Source: Macrostomum hystrix (taxonomy: Eukaryota > Animalia > Platyhelminthes). From it: 64,000 bases of DNA. Under the pieces are notes generated by a model. That model saw nothing but the letters and a program-made list of their open reading frames with translations, was not told the origin of the DNA and did no database searches. Below are positions 11,302 through 24,844 of the stretch, piece by piece. The position numbers were made by a program, and so were the translations under genes. The DNA is taken from contig CATNEN010000011.1 in NCBI GenBank assembly GCA_950097015.1, forward strand, positions 5,518,001 to 5,582,000, in the 5' to 3' direction. Every line of letters begins with the position of its first letter. Position 1 is the stretch's first letter.

Positions 11302-13527
11302 TCAGAACAATTGAATTATTTGTTGCCGCCTCACACCAACACCGTTGTATTCTTCTTCTTCTTCACCTTTTGTCGCCTTACGGCGTGGTCACTCGGGGAC
11401 AACGAGTTAGTGGCAAGTCTTCTGGTGCCGGGCCATGTTGGTGGCCGACAACATCCTCCCACAGTTCACGCAGGCTTTCTGTTTCGCTCGATACTTTCTG
11501 GCGGGCTGAGTTATCTGAAGGCTTGTGTTCGCGGCCTTGTCTCCGCAAGCCCTCTTATGCCTCGCTCGGTTTGTTTTCGAGACGGTTCTGCCGCACTCAT
11601 TGCATCTGTAGCTGCTCGCGTTAATCTCTTCCTCACCTGTGCATACCTTCATGTGGTTCTTCAGCGTTGCTTCTTGACGGAAATTCTTCTTACATCTGTT
11701 GCATGTGAACACTACCGGATCCTCTACTCTGCGGTGGAGGCGTTTCTGGTGGATCGTGAGGCCTGCCTTGTTCTTGCATATTTTGCCGCAATCCTCGTAT
11801 TCGCAGCGAAACTCATTCTTGTCCGGTTCAGTCACGGTCTGGTTGCGCTGTGCTAGTGTTGCGTTCTCAGGTCCTTGTTTCGGTGCCTTCTTGCCTTGTT
11901 GGCTCTCCCATCGTGCTAGATGGTCTCTTCTCGCGTTCACCCAGGCTCTCCATGTGTCTCTTTTAATCGCTCTTCTTTCGACATCCTGTCTCTCCACGCC
12001 GCCTTCTCGAAGCAGTTTGTGCCAGTAAGATCTGGTGTTGTTCTTCTTTGTTCTTCTTTTCGGGATCTCTTCGAGTCTCGTGAGCCATCCGAGAACCGCT
12101 CTCTTTGTTTGACGCTCATCTGGCATACGGATGACGTGTCCGATTCTTCGTAGATGTGCTATCTCCACCTTCAGTCGGATCGAATTTATCCCCAGTTCAT
12201 TTCGTACATCTTGCATGTTGACGCCTTTCTGTTGCATTTCCCGCAGTGGTTCTGTGGTCCGGGAGCACCAAATGTGACGATACGCTTTGTCGATGAACTT
12301 CTGCAGAGTGCGTATCTCTGTGTTCATAAAAGGACGCGTGGACGCGTTGAACAAGAGTATGCTCTCTACGCATGTCTCGACAATTTTTGCTTGTGTTGTT
12401 TTCTTCATTTTGCTTTTGAAAAGTCTTTTCCTGACGGTAGCCCAGCCTTTGGCCGCTTTTTGGATCCTCTGGTTTATGTCGAACTTGCGATCCAGCCATG
12501 ATCCTAGCATCCGGACTTCGCCTCCGTCCTTCGTTCCGAACGTGAGGATTTCTTGTTTGTCATCGTTGGTTTTTTCCTCGTATTTTTCCATGATTTTTTT
12601 TGTGCTTACCAGTGCTGTTTCCAGCTCTATTCGGTTTCCCAGTAGTGTGGTGTCGTCCGCGAAGAGCGAGCACGTGAACTGGTGAGTCTTTGTTTCCGAG
12701 TTGTATTGTGCGGTGCGTTGAGGTGGGAGGGAGTGGCCCGGTAGCCAAGTCCAGCCGATGCCTACCTCGCAGTCTCCCGCTGTAGTGTTTTGACGCTCTT
12801 TTTCGCACTCTCGCGCCTCACACCAACACCGTTGTATTCGTTTCCATCGTTGTCTCCTTCGTCCTCGTCAACTGGAAGGTCTTCGACTGCGACATTCATT
12901 TCGGGCTTGAGCAGGTTGTGCAGGGCCACACAGCAGCGGATGACGTGGCAAGCGAACACAGGCTCCAATGAGTTTGCACCGGTTGCGAGGAACCGCAATG
13001 CTACTCGCACCTGCTGCGACGGCTCCAGAGCAGCATTCGATCGAGTGGGGTGTTGCAGTCGATGTCCAATTGCCGTGCATACTGTCTCCACGTCCTCCTC
13101 TGTCAGTCGAAATCGGGATTGATGATTGACAGGGCGATCTTCAAATTGAAAATTTATCCGCGGTTTGAACATTCGTGGTCGCCTCGCAGCGTTCTGAGGC
13201 TGATCCTCCTCGTCTGAGGAGTCCGACTCGAACATAGTGACTCGATTAGTGACTATGACTGCCGTAAGATCATGACTGCCGTATGACTGTCGAGTTACAA
13301 GCTCGACAAGAAGAAATATATTATTCAGACTATTCATCTCCAGACGGCTGCTCACTCATCCAGGCGCGCTGTCTATGAAACAAACCGCTTGTAACTGGCA
13401 CTTGTCACTACTCGCTTGTCACTTGTTGGAGCTTGTAACTTGTAAAAATCCTATGTAACGAAAATCGCTGCTCACTGCTCACTTGTCACACTTGTAACTC
13501 TGACAAGTGCTCTATGAAACGGGGCCC
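11302..13527 (-). mobile_element. Internally deleted PIF/Harbinger element (HARBI1-like nuclease lacking the DDE core), interrupted by the LINE
   Basis: ATG at 13235; FRL..ALEPSQQVRVALRFLATG joined directly to VIRCCVALHNL; C-terminus GVRRQQIIQLF* resumes at 11352-11302 beyond the LINE. Harbinger-like terminus GGGCCCCGTTTCATAG at 13512-13527; the other TIR was not found. Confidence 0.75.
11353..12813 (-). mobile_element. 5'-truncated RTE-like non-LTR retrotransposon (RT C-terminal half plus four C2H2-type zinc fingers)
   Basis: The frame of ORF 11407..12591 is open upstream to the FADD catalytic motif (12652-12663). HLRRIGHVIRMPDER..K motif; Zn fingers such as CEYEDCGKICKNKAGLTIHQKRLH; (GAA)n 3' tail; 26-bp TSD at 11327-11352 and 12814-12839. 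Confidence 0.9.
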
Positions 13528-13651
13528 AGGACAACTGCTCGGGAGTGAAAACTGGGTGACAACGGATATTTTATTATCCATGGGGTCTGACGGTCGTGAC
13601 TGGAGGTCGGCGCCAGCATCTGCTGGTTGCTGACTGTTTCAACAAGCGACT

Positions 13652-14112
13652 CGAAGGAGGGAGACGGGAAGGAGGGAGACGGGAAGGAGGGAGACGGGAA
13701 GGTGGGAGACGGGAAGCAGGGAGACGGGAAGGATGGAGACGGGAAGGATGGAGACGGGAAGGAGGGAGACGGGAAGGAGGGAGACGGGAAGGAGGGAGAC
13801 GGGAAGGAGGGAGACGGGAAGGAGGGAGACGGGAAGGAGGGAGACGGGAAGGAGGGAGACGGGAAGGAGGGAGACGGGAAGGATGGAGACGGGAAGGAGG
13901 GAGACGGGAAGGAGGGAGATGGGAAGGATGGAGACGGGAAGGAGGGAGACGGGAAGGAGGGAGACGGGAAGGAGGGAGACGGGAAGGAGGGAGACGGGAA
14001 GGAGGGAGACGGGAAGGAGGGAGACGGGAAGGAGGGAGACGGGAAGGAGGGAGACGGGAAGGAGGGAGACGGGAAGGAGGGAGACGGGAAGGAGGGAGAC
14101 GGGAAGGAGGGA
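13652..14112. repeat. 15-bp polypurine minisatellite (GGAGACGGGAAGGAG)n, copy B
   Basis: Same unit, same variant run and same ~50-bp left flank as copy A. Confidence 0.95.
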
Positions 14113-14585
14113 GCCACTAGTGTGCCCGACGCTAGACTGATCACCTTGGTAACCGTGCTGATTTCAGTCGACCTACCGCTTATTGGCATCTCTCTCATAT
14201 TGGCTGTCAATTGGCTGTTGTAAGCTTAAATCATAAGCGGAAGAGTGAAAAAAGCATTAGAAAGGACTTTTATGCCTATCTTATGATAATTTTAGCATGT
14301 CCAGGTGTCATTAACATGCCGCATCTTCTGAGTTACTTTCAAAGCTTATACATTTTTGGATTGAAATCTAAATTGAAATTCAAACGAAATAGTGTATGAC
14401 GGGATGTCAGATGTAAAATAACGAAATGACGAGTCGGCCCGCGACACTTGTCTATGGTAATACGAGTATAGAGGCATAGCGAGAGAGAGACGCGTCTAAG
14501 TAGAGACGGCCATAGTACTCGTGCTCCTCTGTAGCGAATCTGCTCTGTTAAAATTGCTTGCACCAGATCTGACGCAGACTTCAAG

Positions 14586-17500
14586 ATGAGACAATTCCAA
14601 GAAATCAAAGAAGAGAAAGTGCTTCCTAACTGGACACCACAGGAACTGGAGAAAATTGCCAAGGTGTATAATAAGCGAAAATCGTCCATTTATCATCTGG
14701 ACCTAGAGTTACCAGAAAACCGCTCTAGGAGCCGTTCGGAGACCTCGGAAAGTACTTGTACAACTGAAGTGAACTCGATGCAAAATTGGAAATTTTCCTT
14801 CACTTGCCTTAGCGTCCTGAAAGAGCCAGAAAATATTTTGTCAGCTCTCACACTGTTGTCAATGATTCTTGCTGTGCCAGTTGGCCTTTCGGTTAGCCGA
14901 CTGAAGCCCAGAGAACTGACTGTCGAGCTTATCGGCTTACCGGGTGAATTGCTGATGAACATGCTTAAGCTGATGCTTTTTCCGTTGCTTTTCTCATCAC
15001 TAGTGTCCGGTACGTGCTTGCTCGTGCTTTTCTATTTGATCATTTTTACTTTTAGCTCAGAACGTTAGTGAGCAAGCAATCGAACAACAGAAGGGTTTGG
15101 GAGTGGGAGAAAACTTCTACTGATTAGCGGGGGTTGTTGAAGCCAATTATAAATGAGCAGGGTTAGAGGTAAGAGAAGACACTGCCTGAGGACAGGGGTT
15201 GTTGCGGCCAATTATAAATGAGCAGGGTTAGAGGTAACAGAAGACACTCCCTGAGGACAGGGGTTGTTGCGGCCAATTATAAATGAGCAGGGTTAGAGGT
15301 AAGAGAAGACACTGCCTGAGGACAGGGGTTGTTGCGGCCAATTATAAATGAGCAGGGTTAGAGGTAACAGAAGACACTCCCTGAGGACAGGGGTTGTTGC
15401 GGCCAATTATAAATGAGCAGGGTTAGAGGTAAGAGAAGACACTGCCTGAGGACAGGGGTTGTTGCGGCCAATTATAAATGAGCAGGGTTAGAGGTAAGAG
15501 AAGACACTGCCTGAGGACAGGGGTTGTTGCAGCCAATTATAAATGAGCAGGGTTAGAGGTAAGAGAAGACACTCTGTGAGGGCAGGGGTTGTTGCAGCCA
15601 ATTATAAATGAGCAGGGTTAGAGGTAAGAGAAGACACTCTGTGAGGGCAGGGGTTGTTGCAGCCAATTATAAATGAGCAGGGTTAGAGGTAAGAGAAGAC
15701 ACTCTGTGAGGGCAGGGGTTGTTGCAGCCCATTATAAATGAGCAGGGTTAGAGGTAAGAGAAGACACTCTGTGAGGGCAGGGGTTGTTGCGGCCAATTAT
15801 AAAGCATCCAGGAGTTAGGAGCTCAATATTGCGACCTTAAAACGCTGTAAAAAGTGCCCAAATAAGTGTCTAAAATAGACCTTTCACTTTAAATTATAAC
15901 GCCAGGGTTGTCTAATCCGAACATAAAATCTATAAAACGGATTAGCGTCTTCATGGTGTTTTACTTCTTCTTTTCGTGCTTGGCTGCTGTGTTAATCGGC
16001 ATCATTGTAACGGTCATTATTCAGCCAGGCAACAATAACATAAAGAACCAACTCGCGAGAAGAGGCTACGTGACCGATAAAAGCAAAAGCGGCGAAGTGC
16101 TTGAACATATTCTGGACCTAATACGGTGCGTTTCGAATGGTCTTATTAAAATTTGCTGTTAGGAATATATTCTAAATCATATCGAAGCATCGTTTGATTC
16201 TCGCTGCAACTAGAATAAAATAGCAATCCAAATCCCTTGATACCTTCTGCATGGAGCAGATTAGCAATCCAAATCCCTTGATACCTTCTGCATGGAGCAG
16301 ATTAGCAATCCAAATCCCTTGGTACCTTCTGCATGGAGCAGATTAGCAATCCAAATCCCTTGATACCTTCTGCATGGAGCAGATTAGCAATCCAAATCCC
16401 TTGATACCTTCTGCATGGAGTAGATTAGCAATCCAAATCCCTTGATACCTTCTGCATGGAGCAGATTAGCAATCCAAATCCCTTGATACCTTCTGCATGG
16501 AGCAGATTAGCAATCCAAATCCCTTGATACCTTCTGCATGGAGCAGATTAGCAATCCAAGTCCCTTGATGCCTTCTGCATGGAGCAGATTAGCAATCCAA
16601 ATCCCTTGATACCTTCTGCATGGAGTAGATTAGCAATCCAAATCCCTTGATACCTTCTGCATGGAGTAGATAAGCAATCCGAATCCCTTGATACCTTCTG
16701 CATGGAGTAGATTAGCAATCCAAATCCCTTGATACCTTCTGCATAGAGTAGATTAGCAATCCAAATTCATTGAAGCTCACAATATAGAGTAGACTAAGAA
16801 TAGATTAACTTACAACTTATAATATCATTTGATTCTCACTGCATAGAGTGCCCCATTTCAGAAACATTTTCCCCGATGGCTTACTTCAAGCAGCATTTCG
16901 CGAAAATAATTTAACTGTAAAATACGGCAATGACACCACCAATGGCTTAGTGCAGATCGAGAATAGACTTGTTACAGGGATGAACTTGCTGGGTAAGTTT
17001 TAAGTCTACTTATGTGCTCAGTTTCATAATTGGCCTGTCACTAAGGCGCAACCCAACCCCAATGTCAGCCTGCGTCAGTTTCTCAATTTTCTTCGGTTTG
17101 GTGATTAAACGCTTGTCAAATCAGACGCGAGACCTGATTGACCTGATGGTTGCCATCAACGACACTTGCTGCTCGATGGTGCGGGTCATAACTTGGTGAG
17201 TACTCGGTGCAATCTAATGACCAAAAAAGCAACTGACCCAATCTCGAACTGACCCAATCTCGAACTGACCCACTCTCTAACTGACCCCATCTCTAACTGA
17301 CCCAATCTCTAACTGACCCAATCTCTAACTGACCCAATCTCTAACTGACCCACTCTCTAACTGACCCAATCTCTAACTGACCCAATCTCTAACTGACCCA
17401 TCTCTAACTGACCCAATCTCTATCTGACCCAATCTCTAACTGACCCAATCTCTAACTGACCCAATCTCTAACTGACCCAATCTCTAACTGACCCATCTCT

Positions 17501-20500
17501 AACTGACCCAATCTCTATCTGACCCAATATCTAACTGACCCAATCTCTAACTGACCCAATCTCTAACTGACCCATCTCTAACTGACCCAATCTCTATCTG
17601 ACCCAATCTCTGACTGACCCAATCTCTAACTGACCCAATCTCTAACTGACCCACTCTCTAACTGACCCAATCTCTATCTGACCCAATCTCTAACTGACCC
17701 AATCTCTAACTGACCCAATCTCTAACTGACCCAATCTCTATCTGACCCAATCTCTAACTGACCCAATCTCTAACTGACCCAATCTCTAACTGACCCAATC
17801 TCTAACTGACCCACTCTCTAACTGACCCAATCTCTAACTGACCCAATCTCTAACTGACCCATTCTCTAACTGACCCAATCTCTAACTGACCCAATCTCTA
17901 ACTGACCCAATCTCTAACTGACCCAATCTCGAACTGACCCAATCTCGAACTGACCCACTCTCGAACTGACCCAATCTCTAACTGACCCAATCTCTAACTG
18001 ACCCATTCTCTAACTGACCCAATCTCTAACTGACCCACTCTCTAACTGACCCAATCTCTAACTGACCCACTCTCTAACTGACCCAATCTCTAACTGACCC
18101 AATATTTAACTGACCCACTCTCTAACTGACCCAATATTTAACTGACTCAATCTCTAACTAACCCATTCTCTAACTGACCCACTCTCTAACTGACCCAATC
18201 TCTAACTGACCCAATCTCTAACTGACCCAATCTCTAACTGACCCAATCTCGAACTGACCCACTCTCGAACTGACCCAATCTCTAACTGACCCAATCTCTA
18301 ACTGACCCATTCTCTAACTGACCCAATCTCTAACTGACCCACTCTCTAACTGACCCAATCTCTAACTGACCCAATCTTTAACTGACCCAATCTCTAACTG
18401 ACCCACTCTCTAACTGACCCAATCTCTAACTGACCCAATATTTAACTGACCCACTCTCTAACTGACCCAATATTTAACTGACTCAATCTCTAACTAACCC
18501 ATTCTCTAACTGACCCACTCTCTAACTGACCCAATCTCTAACTGACCCAATCTCTAACTGACCCAATCTCTAACTGACCCAATCTCGAACTGACCCAATC
18601 TCGAACTGACCCACTCTCGAACTGACCCAATCTCTAACTGACCCAATCTCTAACTGACCCATTCTCTAACTGACCCAATCTCTAACTGACCCACTCTCTA
18701 ACTGACCCAATCTCTAACTGACCCAATCTTTAACTGACCCACTCTCTAACTGACCCACTCTCTAACTGACCCAATCTCTAACTGACCCAATCTTTAACTG
18801 ACCCAATCTCTAACTGACCCACTCTCTAACTGACCCAATCTCTAACTGACCCAATATTTAACTGACCCACTCTCTAACTGACCCAATATTTAACTGACTC
18901 AATCTCTAACTAACCCATTCTCTAACTGACCCACTCTCTAACTGACCCAATCTCTAACTGACCCAATCTCTAACTGACCCAATCTCTAACTGACCCAATC
19001 TCTAACTGACCCAATCTCTAACTGACCCAATCTCTAACTGACCCAATCTCTAACTGACCCATTCTCTAACTGACCCACTCTCTAACTGACCCAATCTCTA
19101 ACTGACCCAATCTCTATCTGACCCAATCTCTAACTGACCCAATATTTAACTGACTCAATCTCTAACTAACCCATTCTCTAACTGACCTAATCTCTAACTG
19201 ACCCAATCTCTAACTGACCCACTCTCTAACTGACCCAATCTCTATCTGACCCAATCTCTAACTGACCCAATCTCTAACTGACCCAATCTCTAACTGACCC
19301 AATCTCTAACTGACCCATCTCTAACTGACCCAATCTCTATCTGACCCATCTCTAACTGACCCAATCTCTATCTGACCCACTCTCTAACTGACCCAATCTC
19401 TAACTGACCCACTCTCTAACTGACCCAATCTCTAACTGACCCAATCTCTAACTGACCCATTCTCTAACTAACCCAATCTCTAACTGACCCACTCTCTAAC
19501 TGACCCAATCTCTAACTGACCCAATATTTAACTGACCCACTCTCTAACTGACCCAATATTTAACTGACTCAATCTCTAACTAACCCATTCTCTAACTGAC
19601 CCACTCTCGAACTGACCCAATCTCTAACTGACCCAATCTCTAACTGACCCAATCTCTAACTGACCCAATCTCTAACTGACCCAATCTCTAACTGACCCAC
19701 TCTCTAACTGACCCAATCTCTAACTGACCCAATCTCTAACTGACCCATTCTCTAACTGACCCAATCTCTAACTGACCCACTCTCTAACTGACCCACTCTC
19801 TAACTGACCCAATCTCTAACTGACCCAATCTTTAACTGACCCAATCTCTAACTGACCCACTCTCTAACTGACCCAATCTCTAACTGACCCAATATTTAAC
19901 TGACCCACTCTCTAACTGACCCAATATTTAACTGACTCAATCTCTAACTAACCCATTCTCTAACTGACCCACTCTCTAACTGACCCAATCTCTAACTGAC
20001 CCAATCTCTAACTGACCCAATCTCTAACTGACCCATTCTCTAACTGACCCACTCTCTAACTGACCCAATCTCTAACTGACCCAATCTCTATCTGACCCAA
20101 TCTCTAACTGACCCAATATTTAACTGACTCAATCTCTAACTAACCCATTCTCTAACTGACCTAATCTCTAACTGACCCAATCTCTAACTGACCCACTCTC
20201 TAACTGACCCAATCTCTAACTGACCCAATCTCTAACTGACCCAATCTCTAACTGACCCAATCTCTAACTGACCCACTCTCTAACTGACCCAATCTCTAAC
20301 TGACCCACTCTCTAACTGACCCAATCTCGAACTGATACATAACCAACCCAAACCACAACTGACTCAAGCATATGAGTCGTGGAAAAATTCGTTGAGTCGT
20401 CGCCATTTAAACTTTGATCTAACCTCTCACCTCACTAAACCAAGGTACACACCGGTTGGGGTGTTCTCGTTACTGATGAGTACGTTACTGATATCGAAAC

Positions 20501-23500
20501 CGGTACCATATTCTAAAGAAGAATTTCAACTATTTGGCTACTTCATACTGACTGTGTTTATTGGCTTTGTATTGCAAACCTGCCTTCAGGCATTGTCCTA
20601 CCTGGTTCTGGTTAACAGGAATCCGATCAACATTTTTCTGGGCACCTTCCAGGCTTGTGTGACTGCTTTGGGCACCGCATCCTCAGCTGCCACCCTGCCG
20701 ATCACTTTCCATCGCACGGAGGACAACCTGGGCATTGATAAGAGAATCACTAAAATTGTGCTGCCAATTGGTATAACAGTAAACAAGAACGCGGCTGCAA
20801 TGTACATTGCTGCGGCTGGGGTTTTCGTGGCACAGCTTAATGACATCAGACTTACCCCTGTTCAGATAATAACCGCCAGGTGAGAAGCACTCTGTCACCT
20901 GTTAGACCAGAGTGTCACCTGTTAGACCAGAGTGTCACCTGTTAGACCAGAGTGTCACCTGTTAGACCAGAGTGTCACCTGTTAGACCAGAGTGTCACCT
21001 GTTAGACCAGAGTGTCACCTGCTAGACCAGAGTATCACCTCTTTGATTGGAGTGTCACCTGCTAGACTGGAGTATCACCTGTTTGACTGGAGTGTCACCT
21101 GCTAGACCAGAGTATCACCTGTTTGACTGGAGTGTCACCTGCTAGACAAGAGTATCACCTGTTTGACTGGAGTGTCACCTGCTAGACCAGAGTATCACCT
21201 GTTTGACTGGAGTGTCACCTGTTAGACCAGAGTTTCACCTGTTAGACGAGGGTGTCACCTGTTAGATGAGGGTGTCACCCGTTAGACCAGAGTGTCGCCT
21301 GCTCTAATGTCGCCTGTTAGACTGGAGTATCACCTGTTAGACTGGAGTATCACCTGTTAGACTGGAGTATCACCTGTTAGACTGGAGTATCACCTGTTAG
21401 ACTGGATTACCACCTGTTAGACTGGAGTATCACCTGTTAGACTGGAGTATCACCTGTTAGACTGGAGTATCACCTGTTTGACTGGAGTGTCACCTGCTAG
21501 ACCAGAGTATCACCTGTTTGACTGGAGTGTCACCTGCTAGACCAGAGTATCACCTGTTTGACTGGAGTGTCACCTGTTAGACCAGAGTTTCACCTGTTAG
21601 ACGAGGGTGTCACCTGTTAGATGAGGGTGTCACCCGTTAGACCAGAGTGTCGCCTGCTCTAATGTCGCCTGTTAGACTGGAGTATCACCTGTTAGACTGG
21701 AGTATCACCTGTTAGACTGGAGTATCAGCTGTTAGACTGGTGTATCACCTGTTAGACTGGAGTATCACCTGTTAGACTGGAGTATCACCTGTTAGACTGG
21801 AGTACCACCTGTTAGACTGGAGTATCACCTGTTAGACTGTAGTATCACCTGTTAGACTGGAGTATCACCTGTTAGACTGGATTACCACCTGTTAGACTGA
21901 AGTATCACCTGTTAGACTGGATTACCACCTGTTAGACTGGATTATCACCTGTTAGACTGGAGTATAACCTGTTAGACTGGAGTATCACCTGTTAGACTGG
22001 AGTATCACCTGTTAGACTGGAGTATCACCTGTTAGACTGGAGTATCACCTGTTAGACTGGTGTATCACCTGTTAGACTGGAGTATCACCTGTTAGACTGG
22101 AGTATCACCTGTTAGACTGGAGTATCACCTGTTAGACTGGAGTATCACCTGTTAGACTGGAGTATCACCTGTTAGACTGGAGTATCACCTGTTAGACTGT
22201 AGTATCACCTGTTAGACTGGAGTATCACCTGTTAGACTGGAGTATCACCTGTTAGACTGGATTATCACCTGTTAGACTGGAGTATCACCTGTTAGACTGG
22301 AGTATCACCTGTTAGACTGGAGTATCACCTGTTAGACTGGATTACCACCTGTTAGACTGGAGTATCACCTGTTAGACTGAAGTGACAATGCAAACATTGT
22401 TTCAATAGACTAATCTCTACCCAGCAAATTAATCGCTATATTAATCCGCAGCTTTCTAGCAATGATTGCTTCTGTTAACACGCCTGGCGTACCTGGTGGC
22501 GTTGCATCTGCAATAGGAGTTGTGAGCTCTGCTTTCGGCTGGCAGGGTTTTGAAGTTTTTTGGATTTTGCCAATTGACTGGCTAATGTGAGAGTCACATT
22601 TTCTCTTTTATTAAACTTTCTACATAAGTTTTATTATGATTTTCCTAAATTGGGAACTCTTACTTGAGTCCTTTCTTCAGTTTTGCTTTGTAGAAAACTC
22701 CTGTTTAAGGATCGTTTGTTTTTTATGCAGTGACAACACTTCCAAGTGACTTAATATTGTATTTGTTTTCCCTTATAACCTTCAAGATCTTAGCACCCTG
22801 TGACCCTGTGTGATTATCAGCAAAACCGTGGCCAGAACATTCCTTCCTTGGATTGTGACAGCTGCTGCGAAGAGCTCGGATCCACGTCTCATAAGATGGA
22901 GTTCCTCCTTATCGTAGTACCCCTAAGTACCCTAGCTCTAACGCATAGACAATCTATGCAATGTGGCATTTATTTTCTAACTCGTGGATCTCAGCGAATC
23001 TGAATGGATTAAGTCTCTGTCTAACTGGTAGGTATCTGTCTTGCAGTGTTAGTAACAAGCTGTCACTACAATCGCGTACCTCAAAAGCTGACTTACGAGT
23101 AAATTATGCCGTGTCTACACAAATTATAACCCCCAAAATTGCAGAGATAGATTCGGCACAGTCGTCAATGTCATGGGCAATGTATTTTGTGCAGCGATTC
23201 TGCAGCACATTTGCAAATTTGAAGAAGAGGGCCCCTCGGAGCCCAACAGCGACATGTCTGAGGAGCTTAAAGAAATTGACGAAGGTAAGTTAACAAGAAA
23301 GAGTACTTTTAAATAAGAGTACTAGTTAACAGCTTCTTCCAAATTCTGTAGTCTTTGGATCTTTTTTATGATCAAACTGTACATCTGTCTCATCTAACTA
23401 TTTGTCTGAAACCTTTAATTTTTAGAAGCGCGAGTTATTTACTTTTCTGATGAATACATAAAATAAATGACCCCGATGCTTTCATGTAACCCCTGCTATT

Positions 23501-23548
23501 ACCTTTTCAGATCCGGCTGGTCAATCACCGCGTGGAAATGACATTTAG
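14586..23548 (+). CDS. SLC1/EAAT-family (dicarboxylate/amino acid:cation symporter) transporter; exons 14586-15009, 15906-16125, 16862-16992, 17069-17195, 20445-20879, 22452-22586, 23145-23284, 23511-23548
   Basis: Motifs LPGELLMNMLKLM..PL..SSLVSG, RNIFPD, GMNLL..FSIFFG, WYTPVGVFSL, ALGTASSAATLP, DKRIT..VLPIG.T.N and DWLIDRF.T.VNV.G, joined in frame through GT-AG sites with consistent phases. Confidence 0.9.
15130..15803. repeat. 65-bp minisatellite in SLC1 intron 1 (about 10 copies)
   Basis: AAATGAGCAGGGTTAGAGG recurs at 15151, 15216, 15281 and onward. Confidence 0.95.
16222..16765. repeat. 41-bp minisatellite in SLC1 intron 2
   Basis: (TTAGCAATCCAAATCCCTTGATACCTTCTGCATGGAGCAGA)n. Confidence 0.95.
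17232..20335. repeat. 16-bp minisatellite in SLC1 intron 4 (~3.1 kb)
   Basis: (AACTGACCCAATCTCT)n with recurring variant blocks. Confidence 0.95.
20893..22382. repeat. 20-bp minisatellite in SLC1 intron 5
   Basis: (TCACCTGTTAGACTGGAGTA)n, starting about 13 nt after the donor. Confidence 0.95.
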
Positions 23549-24844
23549 AGACACCAAAAAATGATACTGCGTGGTTTTTTTTGCGAAAATGTCTGTAGTT
23601 TTTAGTACGTATATTTGCCGCTTTCTTTTAATTCTCTGTGAAATATACAAAATGCTCGAGCACAACGCATTCTCGACACTTTTTCTTGCTTGTCGCCAAT
23701 ATTCTTATCATAATGACAATTATAAATAGTTCCATTCAATTTTCAAGAAAAAACTAAATAACCTATTATGTATTATATGTCCTAAACTTGACGGCAACCA
23801 AAAATTGAAGTCAACAAGGTAGCATATTTGCGCAACACTCTACCTACAATTGAAATGAGGAGCATTAAAGCGCACGTACTTAAAATATTTACATGATTTT
23901 CTTTGAAAAATTTAGGGTTTTAATATAGTAATTTCACTAGGACAGACGATTAGCAAACTCCAAATTATATTTAGTGCCTTAAAATTTACGTAATTTAGTT
24001 ATTTTTAACAAAAGCACTGCACGTAAAATTAAATAGTGGAATTTTTATGACGATAATTTGATTAAAAACTAAAAAAACTTATTTTATACTGTTTAAAGTT
24101 AATAAAAATTAATTTTACTTTTGCCACTGACAAGAGTTATTGAGATTGCGTGTCGTGGTTTCTAAAAAGTTACGAAAACAATGAGAAGGGAAACTGCAGT
24201 CACATGAGCGTAAAGTTCTGCTTTTCAGAGCTAGAGCAACTGAAAATGAATTAAAAACAATTGTGGCTTAGAATCTTTTTAAGCCTGTTTCATAACCAGA
24301 TGTTTTCAAACAAATAATAATGTAGCACTTCTGGTTGGGTGGTGGATATTAAGTTCATACAAAGTTTCTTGATGCATGCGTTACTGGTTGTTCGGTTATG
24401 TAAACATTTTCCTGTAGGCTTTCTGTTAATATTACATTTATTTCATTTAAAAAAGTCCACTTTTAGTTAAACGTTATCAGCTTTTTTCCAACCTAATTAT
24501 ACAGCCTGCAGATATTTAAGTAGCAGACTTTTATTACCTGAATTTGCTAGATAAAATATGCAATTTAAAAATTAACTGACTGACAATGACGTTTCAATCT
24601 CTTTCTGTTTGTCTAGCAGGCCCTGACAAATTGTTGACAGCTGTAGCATGATGTCGTCCTGTCGCGAAGTCGGTGAGTCCTGATCACCAGTCCCGGAAGA
24701 AATATGGGTCCTGGGAAGCAATTGATGAGGAATTTGATTAGAGCAAAGTAGATAATCAAAGATAACTTCATAAGACGAGCTTAGCAACCTTCAAGGATTG
24801 AAGTAGTAAACATATTTTCACAGCACACGACATGTCTCACAAGT

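Noticed and set aside
10429-14223. EGDGK / PSFPS / ETGRR repeat proteins resembling collagen-like or antifreeze proteins
   Set aside because: The 15-bp unit is open in nearly all frames; there is no splice or start context tying the repeat to a gene.
15130-16765. CRISPR-like regular repeats
   Set aside because: No unique spacers and no cas genes; the arrays are pure tandem repeats inside eukaryotic introns.
17014-17068. Alternative acceptor at 17021 making a 29-nt intron in SLC1
   Set aside because: Implausibly short intron; it would insert non-conserved residues, while 17069 restores GMNLL.CVSFSIFFG.
20472-20500. CTGATGAG...GAAAC hammerhead-like core
   Set aside because: It lies in an SLC1 coding exon (LLMSTLLISKP), and stem II does not pair convincingly.
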